DNA from: Dendrobates tinctorius
Lineage: Eukaryota
Direction of reading: 5' to 3'
NCBI RefSeq assembly: GCF_039654945.1
Contig: NW_027361821.1
Location: 21,576,001 to 21,640,000, forward strand
DNA length: 64,000 bases
The notes under the pieces were generated by a model. It saw only the letters and a program-made list of their open reading frames with translations. It searched no databases and was not told where the DNA came from. Shown here piece by piece: positions 13,056 through 27,322 of the stretch. The position numbers and the translations under genes were made by a program. Position 1 is the stretch's first letter. Every line of letters starts with the position of its first letter.

Positions 13056-14288
13056 CTTTTTACGCTGGTACATGTAAAATGGGATTTATCATAGATTGCG
13101 GGTTTGTAATTGCATTGCATGGTGCATTAATATAGGGTGGCCAAGGCTTGGGACAAAAGTCTGCTGTCATTTTATATGACTGCAGACTGATGAATTTTGA
13201 TAGCAAGTGGTGCGCATGCTCTCGCGATTACCCGGAATTCCCAGGGTGAGCGAGTGGTCACGGGTTCACATGGATATGATTTGGGTTCTTGCGGCCACAT
13301 GACGACTAGACTCATCTGGCTTCTTTCATTTCACTTCTATTGAGAGAATGTGAATGACTCTAGTTGGAACGGGACCACAATATGGAAATTGCACATCTGC
13401 TTGCATCGGTAATGCCAGGGAATCATTGTCGTGCGAGCACTCATGCTGTCACAATTCGGAGGTCTGCAGTCACATATAGTGTCCTGGAATCCACCTTTCA
13501 CAATATAAAATGAAATACAATACAACAATGTCCCCCATGAATTACTTGAATAGACAACATGTGTTTTCCGTACAGATGGCTGTACACATTATATAAATGC
13601 TGGCCAACTTCTCTATTAATATGCACAGCCATCTCTGCTGAACACGCAAGTTGTTTTACCAGACAACGAGTGTCTGCCAGGCAATTCAGACTAGTGGCAC
13701 TTATCTCTAGAAAAACAATCAAATCAGCAAGACAAATCCAACCTCTTAGACCACGGTTTACATTGGCTGTTGGAGGACGGTCTGGAAGCCTCATATACAT
13801 TGGATTAAACTGCACTTCTTGAGCAAGGGGATCTTTATAGGAGATTATAGATAGATGATCGATAGGGTATGTTCCCAAGATGCCATCATAATGTGCTAAT
13901 TTTGCCCACATTTTCTAAAATCACTGCAAAACTGCCACATTTTGGAAACAATTTTAAAAACTTAGGACAAAAACTCTGCATTTTTACAGCGATTTTGGAA
14001 AATCGTGGGAGAAAACGTAGCAAATTTATCACGATTTAGGAAAATAGTGGAAAAAATAATGCAAGAAATGATTTACGATGCAGACGCTTTAGGACTAGAC
14101 GGCACAGCGACTATGTGCTGCTAGGCAACAGGAGAGATTGATTCAGCAGATCTGACGGGGGAGGTGTGAGCTCGGAATATGGCACCTCAGGAGAGGAGGA
14201 GGTTCCACTACGGCTGTGGGGCTGAATTACTTCTGCTAACGCATTTTGGTATAAAAAGGCTGAATTTAACATATATTCCGCCAGTTTA

Positions 14289-14789
<501 letters not shown>

Positions 14790-15298
14790 TTAGCGCCTCT
14801 GGAGACCTAAAAGAGTCATTCATGCAGAGATGAGAATGTTTCTACCGTGTCTCGCCCAGAGATACTACAAAACAGGGCAATCCCCTTGTAACATTAATAA
14901 TTCCTTTTACTTGTTACTGGCACACATTCTCATGTTACTCAAAGTTTGTAAATAATTTATACCAAAAGTGACTCAACTGAGGCATGGGGGAAAGCAGGGA
15001 TTGCTAATTGAGACAAACAGCAGCCATAACACCTGAGCCCATGCAGATCCCGGGCATTGTCTGGTCCTCAAAGATTAATGAGCTTAGTTTATTGCTGCAA
15101 AGGTGACACTTTGTCTGAGGATTTTTGTCCTAAATAGAATTTTATAGGATTAATTCCAATAACCACAAGAAAAACAGAATGGAGGGCGATTCTTGGGATA
15201 TTTCACTTATAGATACAGTTACAGTAAATTTTCTCATAGGGGGTCTACTACAGTATTAAAAGGGGTCCTTTCACTGGATATTTAATTTAAACCGACTA

Positions 15299-16015
15299 CC
15301 CTATTTTTCGGACTATAAGACGCACCCTAAATTTTCAGATGGATAATAGAGGAAAAAAAAATGCATCAAATGGGGGTCCTTCTTACAGTCCAAATTCAGC
15401 TTACCGGGAGGAGAGGGGGGTAATTGGCAGCGCTGGTGCAGTAAGTGGTCCGACTCTGAAGGGAGATGATATGACTTCCATCCTAGACTGGTGCAGCAGG
15501 TTCGGTGGTGGTCGATGGTACGGGGGCTTCACCAACATTTTGTGAAAGCCCGGAGCCCCCACACGTCCATTGCTGCAATGCGGTGGCCTCCGGGACAATG
15601 GCCGCTGTAGGCAGCGTATGCACAGATTGAGATTTCGGCATCAAGATCTCATCTCCCAAGATTTCATCGCCAAGATCTCAATCTGCGCATGCGCCATCTC
15701 CAACAGCCATTTTCCTGGAGATCACAGCAATGGAAGTGTGCGGGGGTTCTGGGCTTTCACAACATGTCGGCGGAGCCCCACCCCACCACCGAACACCGCT
15801 AAATACTGCCGCACCAGTCTGGGATGGGAGTCATATCATCTCCCTGCAGAGTGGGACCACCGAACACCCCCTCTTCCCCGACCAGGGCCAGCAGAATCAC
15901 CAAACTCCTGCTGCCACCACACTCCTGGTAACTATATTCCGACTACAAGATGCAGCCCCATTTTCCCCCAAAATTTGGGTGGGAAAAAGTGCGTCTCATA
16001 GTTCGAAAAATATGG
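15299..16015. mobile_element. Non-autonomous Tc1/mariner-superfamily (Tc2/pogo-like) element
   Basis: TA-flanked imperfect TIRs ccctatttttcggactataagacgcac and gtgcgtctcatagttcgaaaaatatgg. Confidence 0.8.
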
Positions 16016-17822
16016 TACCTCCTCCGATTGGAGATGTTTCACTTATTTTGGAAGTTTTTCTTCTTCTTCTTCTGTGCTCCTTTGTTGCAAAGTTATGTCC
16101 CTGGTAATAATGGTACAAATTTTCCCTTTAACCAACTGAGCGTGTCTTACAGAACTTCTCTGTGGGCGCTTGCTTTATACACCCAGTTGGTTGAAGGGAA
16201 AATTTGCACTATGATAACCAGGGGGCACAAGTTTGGAATAAATAGGCACAGCAGAAAAAGAAAAACTGTTCCAGAATCATCAGGGCAGCACCGATTGAAC
16301 AAGGCACTCAGTAAAAACCCATTGAAAGGTCCCTTTTAGGTAAAAAATAACAAATAAACATTTTTCTATCGGTTTTGTGTTTGGTATACAGTCATATGTC
16401 TGTAAATTTCACACTATATTACAGTAATTACCCTACATCAGGGACGGACATATCAGTGGTGCAGCCGCACAGGGGCCCAATAGGTAAGGGGGCAATGTCT
16501 ACCTCCAAAGCAGGGGGATTTGTGCATTAGGATGAGCTATTGGACTGCAAAAGGCCCTTTCATTGTTCTTGCACAGGACCCTCTTCTCTCTGTGTCCTGT
16601 GTGCCCTACATAATCTAATTCAAACACAATTTCATAAACACCCCCTTCTAGAAAAACAATAGATAATTTTTGGTCCTGAAAATATTACATAATGATGTTA
16701 TAATAGTAAGGCAGCCTCCTGCAACACTTAAGCCTACTCACAAACATAAGTTAAAAAGCATGGCATCTATACTTAAAGGGAATGTATCATCTGAAAATTA
16801 CCTATTTTAAATCAGCTTGTGGAGTTAAAAGTACTTAAAGAATGACTATTGTTTTAAAATGTTACAATCAGTATAAAAAAATAGCAATTTTCCCACTGGT
16901 TATTTGGGGCTCTTTAGACTCCTGTTCCTTTAAAAGATGACTTTCCAGAAGTCTCATTATCATCACAGGCAGGATAAAAGTGACAGGTATTCCCTTTATA
17001 CACAGCTGATAACACATTATCCACCACTCTCAATGGACAATGGCATCGGAGTTAATCTATTAACACAAAAGTACAGGTGGATTTCCTGAAAGAACAGCAA
17101 GAATAAGTGTAGAAAAGCACACTGGCCAGGGTGACAGCTGCAAGATTTCTCTTTTATCTCGCTGTCATATACTGTATAGTACCTGAAGTGATCAGGAAAT
17201 TACATTCTGTTAACAGATTGAGGATATTATGGGTATTTGGATTTTGGACTTATCCTGCCTTATGGACCAGTGCCTTATTATGGGATTGCTAGGTTTTGTA
17301 ATAATAGAAATACATGTATTGATGATTTTTTAAAGAAGTCCCATAATATACAGAACATAGTGTATGAGGAAGGAAACACCAAAGCAACCACTACAATTGT
17401 ATAGACACAAATAGGACTCATCTAAAAGTATACAATCCCTTTAAATCCATTGTGGCAGGCAGTATTTGAGCACTAGGCAGAATGTAATGAATGTGTATAA
17501 GACCCGCCTGCTTTTTCACCATGACACAGACAGCTGACAGCTTGTGTTAATTGCCAGGAACTTCATAACCGTACCAAATGTTTATGTCACTACATTACAG
17601 TTTCAAGATGATATAAAATCAGAAAATAAAAAATATTAAAAAAAAATCAGTAAAACAGTTATAGTAATGTTCCCAATAATGCTGAATATAAGTATAGGAA
17701 CTGGAGGTCTAACTTCTTACTTGTTCTGTGTTTTCGGGAACATGACAGCTGATTCATGTTGCTAGACCCATGTGCATCATGAATCAGCTCCTTACTGCAT
17801 TATTGCAGCTATAGAAGTTTAA

Positions 17823-18193
17823 GGCTGTGTGCACACGATGCAGATTTGCAGCGGTTCCGCAGCGGATTTTACCGCGCAGAAACGTTGCATTTCTGCATTG
17901 TGATGTACAGTAGCCTTTAAATCAATGTAAAAAAAAAAAACGCTGTGCAGACGCTGCAGATTTTTCCGCGCGGTTTTCCCACGGTACAAAATCCGCAGCA
18001 TGTTACTTTTGTGCGGTTTTCCATCTCCCCTGTCACCAAATCTGCAGGGGGAAAACCGCGATGGAAAACCGCACAAAAACCGCATGAAAAATGGAAGAAA
18101 TCCGCAGGAAAAATGCAGGTCATTTGACCTGCGGATTTCTTCCATTCTGCACGGAAAAATTCGCAGGTCCAAAAAGTACGTCTGCACTCAGCC
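17823..18193. mobile_element. Harbinger-type MITE with ccgc/gcgg-rich subterminal repeats
   Basis: TAA TSD; termini GGCTGTGTGCACACG and CGTCTGCACTCAGCC. Confidence 0.75.
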
Positions 18194-18203
18194 TAACTCT
18201 TAA

Positions 18204-18812
18204 AGACGTTGTCCAGTCTCAGGGTACAAGTCTGCGGTCACGCAATGTGACTGTATACTTGTGAATCCTCACATCGTGCGCACTGCGTGCTGTGAGGAAT
18301 GGATTCTCTGGCGCCGGCGGATGCGTGAACACAAATATGTGATTTGCATACTTGAAGTCACGTGCCGACTAAATGGTGCGTGGCCTCGCTAATAGAATTT
18401 GCTCGGATTCGGTTCCGAATTTGATCGGAATTGAATATTGTTTTTGCAATATTCGTTGAACACAGCCGAACATCATTAGAGTCAATGGGAGTAGAAATTA
18501 CCGAATATATTCGGAACCGATCATAAGACAAACATTCGTCACGAATATTGTTTGAATATGGCTCGAATATGTCAAAATCAAATTCGGGGCCAAAATCCAA
18601 ACAAATTCACTCATCTCTACTCGCTAAAAGGACATATATTGTGCGTGGTTTGACACAGTCTAGTTGGAATGTGGCCAGGAGTATGCAAATTACATACTTG
18701 CGGTCACAGGACCGCCCACTCCCGGTGCTGGAGAATCCTGACAGCGCACAGTGCGCACAATGTGAGGATTTACTAGTCTCCAGTCACATAGTGACTGCAG
18801 ACTTGTATCCCT
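18204..18812. mobile_element. Kolobok/T2-type MITE with long inverted arms, interrupted by a hAT-like fragment (about 18390-18619)
   Basis: TTAA flanks. Arms tacaagtctgcggtcac...gaatcctcacatcgtgcgcactg and cagtgcgcacaatgtgaggatt...gtgactgcagacttgta. The inner piece ends cactcatctcta and is rich in ttcg/cgaa. Confidence 0.65.
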
Positions 18813-21091
18813 TTAAATATTGTGGTGCAAACATAGATTTACAGGCCGACCAGCAGCCATGTTTCGTGAATGACTAGTGCAAGTGGTAGACCCTGTCTTC
18901 TTTTCTGCTGATCTGCTCTTCAAAACTGATAGTTCTTTCCTTATGTGTAAGAAGAGGGTGAGACCTGTCACTCTTGGGGAGCAAACGTGGAGAAGCTGCC
19001 GGAACATCTTAGACGCATGGTCCTCAACCGGCTTGTACTTGTTTGATTTCTCTGAAATATGCAGTGTTTACAGTAATACATACATGGCTGTATAATGCTG
19101 TCTATGGTTCAACCAACATGAATCTGCTGTCAGGTTCTTTTCAAGGTTATGGCCCAAAATTCTGGGTATCATTTCACCTGCATCATCATATAGTACATCA
19201 TCATCACGAAACAATCACTGACCTCAGGGAGACCAGTCAAAGAAAACACTGCGGCAGCCGGCAAAGGCGCTCAATCAGTGAAATCCTAGGTGCATTGCTC
19301 CCATCATATAGTACATGTAAAGTTGCTGCAAATTTATTGTCACGTCCCGTTCCATCAGTAATGACAGTGGTCTATAGCGTGGGAGAGAGAGAGCCGCCTC
19401 TTACCTGCTGATGTCATGCCACAACAAAGACGTCACGCCAGAATGGCTAATCAAAAGAAGGTGCCACGGACATCAGCAGTGGCCACAGACCACTCTCACG
19501 GGCAATGGAGTGGGCACCAAGTGCTAATAATTGGCACCAACTCTACAAGGGCAGGGCTCAAATATGGATCCACCGTATATCATAAAGCCAGAACTGGCAC
19601 TCCTTTTTAAGATGCAATAAGCATTTCTCCAGCAAATTATCGCCACACCGCCATCTCTGCTCCCTCAGTGTTACCAGCTTCTCTCTGACTTTCTTATCAC
19701 AATCTATATCTAATGAAGGTCTTATTATACAAAGGGGAAACGTCATATGGAGGATACTGGATTACTAATTGCAAATAAAACACTTAATGCATCTTAGAAA
19801 GCAGAGGCAATTTCTTCATCATCAAATAGTATACGAGCGGATCCTGCAAGCAGCTGACGTGATCGCTGTATCCTTTTAGGAGTTGTGACAGAAGTGTGAT
19901 CACCATTAAATTCTCTTCCCAAACCTTGATTTTCTATGCAGCATTGTTTTAAAGTTTGCCTATAAAAATGCTTTTATCAAGCGCAGTTGATAGCGTGTCT
20001 CACGAGTCATCTCCATGAATCGGTTTCAGTCTATCAGAAGCCACCACATTTCCGAAATATAAAAGACACTCCCAGCACATGTGGCATGATGTCATCTATT
20101 TGATTCTGCCGCAGCCTTAGTCGACACAAAAGAATCAGTTGCCATGGCTGAGAGATGCAACAAGAAAGCCAATTATCACATGGCATGTCCTGCAAGTCGT
20201 ATGACCAAAGGCAAAGCTGCCAGCCAAGGCATCGTGTAAGAGAGGACATTCGGATGGGATTAGAGGACCTGTCTAAATCTAACATGATACTGTACGAATC
20301 CGGATTACATGACTCATTTCAGAAGGAAAAGACTAAATTCCCTGCCTAGCAATGAACATTATGTATTGCAGTAATGGCTGTGTATTGCAGGAATGCTCAC
20401 TTTTCTGTATTTACAGCAGTAAGATGTCACTATTTTTAAACAAAAATGAAACAAAAAAGAATTTTGCTTAGAAATAAACAAAGTAAAATAAACTGTCCTA
20501 TAAACTAAAACATTTGTAACATTAATCACCAATATGACCAAATTCATGTCTCTTTCACTAATGTTGAGTCACCATATTGCCAAGTAAATGCCACCATCAG
20601 GGCATTAAGAAAATATTAATATGTTTTATTTATTTCCCAAGTTATTCAGCAGACAAGATTTGACCATATTAGATAGCTTTTGTACCAAAGTCAGCACCAC
20701 TGTTTTCCAATGGCTCAACATTGGTTGAGTTATGCAATTGTGGCCTCTACAATCAACCATCACATGGTCCATCTCATAAGATGATCTGTGCGGCTAGTTT
20801 TGACTATATTTTAATCAGATTTAAACTAATTTAGAGGTCTGACATGCCTGTCAATCAGCCATGATCTCCAAATAGATACCATTGATGGCTAATATTACTT
20901 GTCAAGTCAATGGCCACACATAGGTCATAAGGTTTGATAGTGGATATGTGTGTTATTTTAATATGTGTTACTTAAAGCGAAGCAATAAGTCTCTCCTGAC
21001 TCGTCTGTTTAGCTATCCTTTTCTTTATTTTTGGCCTTCTACATAGTGCGATATTTCTGTTATTCCTCATAAAAATGTATGAATAAATTAA

Positions 21092-21456
21092 AGGGCTATT
21101 CCCATCTTCAAGATCGTATCCCAATATGTAGTAGGTGTAATAACAACAATATTAGGAAATACCTCCAATTAGAAATGTAGTATAGTTCTTCTGATTAGCT
21201 ATGTCGCATACCCCATGTGCAGGCATTGCAGGACCTTAGGTATCCATGGTTATGATCACTAACAACTAGTTAACTGTCACTATATGAGTGGTCGTAACTG
21301 TGGATACCTAAGCTACAGCAATGCTCTGCACATTGGGTAAGCAACATAGCAAATCAGACGAACTATACTACATTTCTAATTGGAGGTATTTGCTAATATT
21401 ATTATTATTACACTTACTACATATTGGGATGGGATCTTGGAGATGGAAATACTCCT
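21092..21456. mobile_element. Palindromic Kolobok/T2 MITE nested inside an older MITE (about 20972-21680)
   Basis: TTAA at 21088-21091 and 21457-21460, with near-complete fold-back. The outer arms (atgtatgaataaatt / aatttattcatacat; gtctgttttag / ctaaaacagac) belong to the host MITE. Confidence 0.8.
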
Positions 21457-22523
21457 TTAAGTTACCATTTCTCTTGTCAAACAGCTACATAGTCATCAGC
21501 GATTGCAGACTGTCAGACTGTATAGGGGCTCACACCACCAGATGTTAATTTATTCATACATTTCTAAGAGAAATAATATAGGAACGGTATAACACTGTAT
21601 TCTAAGAAAAGATGTCCAAGACTTATTATATTATAGGGAATACATTATTTTCCTAAAACAGACATGACAGAGGAGCTGACGTGTATAAGGTAGCCCATAA
21701 TTATTTAATAGCTAATTTGGCCAACTTTCGCCATCAACCCAAATTCCCCCAATAACAGCCTCATGGAACGTTAGCTCAATAGAGTAAGAGAAGATGAGCA
21801 GCTGTCAGATCTATGTGACGCAGGTCATCCCCAGGGAAATATTTTCTTCCATGACAGGCCTCAGACAGGCCCTATAGACATTAGACTGCAGACAGAAGAT
21901 TGCACTAAAGTCGAATGTTTCTGAGCAGTTTATGGACTGGCTTTACACCGTAGCTGTAGACCTTGAACTTGGAACTCTTATTACCAAAAAGGTATCGCTC
22001 TCTGTAAATTGCTAACTAGTAAGTGGTCTTTATCCTGCAATGTCAAAAGTATGACTAAAATGTTGAAAAAAGTTGGAAACATGTTGATGGTAATCCGATG
22101 ATTGGTGAAAAATGTAATCTCTGGCAAAATTGGAGTACGGTATTTATCCAGAAGCTTTACACACTTCTTCATAAAGTTTCTGACTATTTCCAAGTCCTGT
22201 CTGGCCATTTTTGTGATTGGGATTAAAACATGTGTAGATCCAGAGTGGTCAATGACATAAAGAACAAGACCTGTGAGAGCACACACAGTACTTTCAGACT
22301 GGCTGCCAGGAGGAGAACGTTGTGTGGTGGAATCCAGCTCTGAATCGTGTGCCAGAAAAGGGGGAACTCTCCTAAAAACCACCTGATTAAGAAGCTCAAC
22401 CCTTTATTGAAAGAGGTTTCCCCATCTTATGAAATAATGTAATATCACTAGGAGATGCCACCACTAGGTGGAGTCCCGAGTTATTAGAATGAGGGGGGCC
22501 CAGAGAAGGTCTAGCCCTGTATC

Positions 22524-22789
22524 AAAAAATAGAAAAGTTGTATATCGTCTCAACAACTGCTGAAAAATGCCTTGAATCGAGGTGTGGTGCACGGAAGCTC
22601 CAGACTGACTTCTGGGTGTAGATATAGCAGCAAAATGGAAAAATTCAGCATCCGCAGGAAATGAGATAAGTATATTAATACATTATTTTAATAGCAACAT
22701 AGTTTAAAAAGGGAAAAATTAAAAGTCAAAACTCAGGGGATTGTGTAGTTAGTTAGTTAACTAGCTACGTTACCCCCACATCGCCATAA
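22524..22789 (-). mobile_element. Short non-coding retro-insertion (Penelope-like terminal fragment) inside a TTAA-type MITE
   Basis: 13-bp direct repeat CTAGCCCTGTATC at 22511-22523 and 22790-22802 flanks an AT-rich insert. The family assignment is inference. Confidence 0.55.
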
Positions 22790-23276
22790 CTAGCCCTGTA
22801 TCCCCTTTTCTGCACTGTGGTACTCCTGGCTCCCAACAATGCAGAAAACTACAGCTGTTCACTCAAATGGGACTGTACCACAGTTCCCTACACCACCACT
22901 GTACAGCAGAAGTGAAGTGGGTACAACACTACAACACCAGCACTGTGTCCCCTTCCTCTTCAGGATCAGTAGGGTCCCAGAGGTTAGATACCCCCCAATC
23001 ATGAAGTGATGGTATATCCTAAGAATGTGGTGCCAAGGCTTTATAATGTTGGAAAACCCCTTTAAAATCAGATTTTCTATGGCAGGTTTCACTATGTTCC
23101 CTGCATCCTTCTAATCTTCTTTGAGAGGACACCTCCTAGAAGACTATTTTCGATGCATCATCTTGCATGGTCCTCTCCAAGAGGTTTCACTGTATAGTCA
23201 GGATGACCTTTTAAGAAAACGTTCACTGCCCCATATGGTAGTATGTCACCATGCTAATGTTTGGATTACAATTGAT

Positions 23277-23515
23277 GGGCAGCATGGTGACTCAGTGGTT
23301 AGCAGTGTTACTTTGCAGCACTGGGGTTCTGGGTTCAAATCTCACCAAGGACAACATCTGCAAGGAGTTTGTATGTTCTCCCTGTGGGTTCTCTGGTTTC
23401 TTCCCACACGCCAAAGACATAGTCATAGGGAATGCTGATTATGGGGACAGGGACGATGATGTCTGTAAGGTGCTGTGTAATTAATGGTGCTATATAAGTG
23501 AGTAAAATAAATAAT
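23277..23515 (+). mobile_element. tRNA-derived SINE (V-SINE-like, L2-type tail)
   Basis: A box (tgactcagtgg), B box (ggttcaaatct), central ggagtttgtatgttctcc...ggtttcttcccac, and an aataa-rich tail. Confidence 0.8.
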
Positions 23516-25121
23516 AGTTGGTAGTGGGTTGAAGGGACACTCAGCCCAAAGTCTTACTCTTACACATTTTCTATAGAGTTTAATGCAAATAATGTCAGCC
23601 ATGTCAGGGTTAGAAGAAGTAGCCCACAGTGTTCTTGAAGGGTTTTACTGATAGGTAGTGAAGGAAAATGTATGCCTCCATGATCACTAATGCATGTCAC
23701 ATACGTGCAGTGTAGAGTCCCTATGGTGGTCCACTGATTGCCTGTGAAGGTCAGCAGTCTGGAATAAGCATGGTGTCACCGTAGCTGCTTTGTAGATGGA
23801 GGATGGGTGTGTTTCCAACATGAATCCTGAAGGCCACCTTTCCTGAATGATGCCAATCCAGACACATGCACCTGACACTATTGTTCCTGCGATGCATACC
23901 AATAAAGCATGGGTTCACAGAGGCCATCTCCCAATAACAAAGGATTATTGATCAATAGCAGACACAGCTTTCCCTCACCCATATTAGCTCTCGCACATCT
24001 GTACTAGCCAAAACAAAAAAATGCACATATGATTTGATAGCCAAATTTAAAGAAATTATGTCTTTGTCCCGTTAAGTCACTATGGAAATGCACGGTCCAA
24101 AATTAGAGCCCGTATTTGATCTATAAAAGATAATAGTTCCTGAATCCGCTCTTTGTATTGTTAAAGGGCTGAGTATGTGACAAATGTACATGTGGGTTTA
24201 TACAGACACATCTATTACATCCCGGTGAAGCACCATGCTGCAGAGAATGGGTGGAACAAGGCAACTGTTAACACATCCCATCTGCAGCATGCAATGTAAG
24301 AATGCCCAGAGAAGGGTCAATCCTGTATGACAATTGGCCTCTCCGATATGATCTACATGTTGTAGAAAAATATCAGCGACCTTCACCTCCCACTAACGTG
24401 CTGTGGGCTATAATACTATTTGGCAGCATTAACAATGGACGTCCACACCTTTCCATCCATTCATTGTCTCCATACTCTTTAATCACTAGGAAAATATTAT
24501 TAAACCCCTTGATCTACAATCATATGGGGAGGATTGTAGACCAAGATTGATTTTTTTTGTTATTTTGGTAAATATTTACTCTTGTATATGTTAAATATTT
24601 GGTGTATAATGTGACATTTTATTACACAGTGGGTTTGCTATCACACATTAGGATTTTGTAGCATTTTTTTTTAGGATTTTTTTAACACCGTCATACACGT
24701 GCGCTGCATCTACTGAAATCTTTCGGCGTTCATCCTTATTTCGCGACTCGTCTGTTAAATGTGCAGTTTCCTTAACAACCACCCTTTACGATTGCCACCA
24801 CACGGACCTGATCGCAGTCTGTCACCTATGTGACACCAGGGATGACAGCCCTCGCTAGATCTCCCCTATGCAGTCCCAGGCTTCCTATTAAAATTTACTC
24901 CGCACGCTATTAAAATGTGCGCGATATACGTGCTCCGAATACCAAGAGGCGCAACTAATAGCCAATCATTGATAATGAATGACTCGAATAAAGGAGGCGA
25001 TCAGGATGCATGCAGTACATCGTAAGATGTGTCAATAGGCGCAGGTTCTGCTCTAGACATTTCCCACACTGCTCCCTAAAATGCACATGCAGGGATGTTA
25101 CTGGAAAGCGCTGGTACTCAC

Positions 25122-25219
25122 CCTGCTAGCACTGGTACAAGCTGAGGATGCTGTTGGAATGAAGGCTATTTCCAATCTGCCTTTGTTATCCCAGCTTCAA
25201 GCCAAAGGATTCCTGCCAG
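25122..25219 (-). other. DCX: Probable non-coding exon 1 (5'UTR) of DCX
   Basis: Minus strand reads ctggcaggaatcctttggcttgaagctgggataacaaaggcagattgg...cagcatc, resembling the start of the human DCX 5'UTR as recalled from memory (not checked). It ends at a strong donor CAGG|GTGAGT (GT at 25121-25120), in unique non-repeat sequence. Confidence 0.7.
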
Positions 25220-25340
25220 GGTGGGTGAGTCTGCTCCCTGGTCCTAGTGCCTAAAATGAGCAGACTCCTCCTGCTTTGGTTTAACCGCTTGTCTGCTGCT
25301 AAATTAACTCCTAACCTGCCTGCAGAATTCCCTGGCCCAT
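25220..25340 (-). promoter_or_regulatory. DCX: Putative DCX proximal promoter
   Basis: Unique sequence directly upstream of the putative exon 1; positional inference only. Confidence 0.45.
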
Positions 25341-27322
25341 CCCAATTTTATCCAACATCTACAATACCATACAGTCACTTTATCCCTTGTGTTTGTTCAG
25401 ATATTATGTTACACCGTTCCTGAAGATGAGATCCGAGACGTCTTGATAATTGTTATGATGTTTACTGTCTATTTATCGGTAAGTATCGTAAATATAGATT
25501 CATTCTTTATGATTGCATTAAATAACGCTGGTATAAGACAACCGGATTACAGCTGAATTTTAGCATCTATATATTATAAACGCCTTAAACTCTGATGATC
25601 TAAGTTTAGTTCATGCAACTCTGAAAGAAACCTAACTCCCCCAATTAAGATTATGCAGGATTACTCATTCTCCTATAAAACAAAACAAAAAAAAAACAAA
25701 CAGTACATTGGGAAATGTTAAAGAGAACCTGACATCAAATCTAAGGCTACCAAACCACTTTTAGCATGCTACAAAAGTTCTTATCTACATGTTCTTCATG
25801 TTCAAATCATTTCTTATATAAAGAGGGAGAAATGGAAAGTATTAGGCTCCCTTCCCAAAGGTCATTTTCCTGGCAGAACTCCTGCAATTGAAATGTTCCA
25901 GAAGGTGAATACTTCTGTGATTATCGCAGCTAAAATCGTGCGCTAAACTACAATTTTTTGTGAAAGTTCCATTTAAGGCTACGGTCCCACGATGAGTTTT
26001 TTTTGTGAGTTTTTTACTCTTTATTTTAGAAAAAATGCAAGTAACCTATTTTACTTAATAGGTGCAGGAATGGTGCAGAAAATGTGCAACATCAAAAACT
26101 CTCCAAAAGCTCTTCATGTGAATGTAGTCTAAAAGTATCGTTTCACCAGAATAATCTAATGTGCAGAATTAAGAACCGCTCCCTCGGTGGCTCCCCGGCA
26201 TATCCGGGTGTTGTGTGGACAGTGACTCAGTGTTACATTACACCTGCAGAGGATGCGTAAGGGGAAATATGTGCCCACATGCCACTTCACCCATGGCTAA
26301 TCGCTGAGCACTGCACAGGCTTCTTTTTATGTGTTATTGTACATGACATTGTCCACCTTTGTCCTATGAAGAAGTGCACTGTATATACAAGTATTGACTC
26401 TTGCATAAGTAATTACCAATTAGAGGTACTGGTTTGAAAGTAAAAATATAACATAAATGCACAGTCCTGTATACAGTAGCACATGATGTCCGCGCTATTA
26501 TTTACGGTAAGTTTTTGATTCCTCTAGTTTATCTTATGCCTTTCCCCTTAGAAAACTTCTTTCGTTTCTCAGAAAAGCAAGGGGGGTGTACTGTGATACT
26601 GAGCTTGCCAGCAGTATACCCTTCTTACTTCCCTTCCCATATTTCCCATAGGACATTGCATTATATCAATGTAATTCAAAATTGTAGGAAAGCTGGGTTA
26701 CAGTGGTTGTTTCACAGCAAGCCCAGCATTGATCCAGCTTTCCCACTGCATAAAATAAAAAAGGAGGTGAAAAAGGGAAAATTGCACTGCTGAATTGCAA
26801 ATAAAAAAGGAGACAAGTTGAATAAAGGTGAAAACGGACATCGAGGTCTTGAGAAACAACCTTAAGGCGACCTGTCACCTTGGAAAATGCTATTTACCTG
26901 TTGATAAAGGGTTAATAAACTGCAGTTAAATAGCTTTAAAAGGCTGTTAGCAGGCTTGGACTGGCCCACCGGAGAACCGGAGGATTCTCCGGAGGGCCCA
27001 GGCACTGACACCTGCTGGCATACTGGCCAGCAGCTGCCTAGGGCCCCCACTGCTCCAAGAGCCCTCACTGCTCCAGGGACTCCCAGCCAGAGGCTATGGG
27101 GCCCCTGAGTCAAGGGGGCCCACCCTGTGCCAGCGTAGCAGCAGCTGGAGACAGGATCCTGTCCTGGCTGCTAAAGCGAAATGAATATTCACGCTTCCCC
27201 ACGCCCCAATGGGCATGGAGAGGCGTGAATACCATTTCTCTTTAATAGTGGGCAGCGTTAGTCGCAGGCTGCAGCTAACACTGCCTGCATGTTAAGCCCC
27301 ACCACCGCACCACACACATACA

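Noticed and set aside
21981-22382. 133-aa minus-strand ORF in DCX intron 1 (considered a small neighbouring gene such as SERTM2)
   Set aside because: GTG start, no recognisable similarity or domain, no supporting splice structure.
23277-23350. tRNA gene
   Set aside because: The A/B boxes run into a SINE body and tail; no complete cloverleaf.
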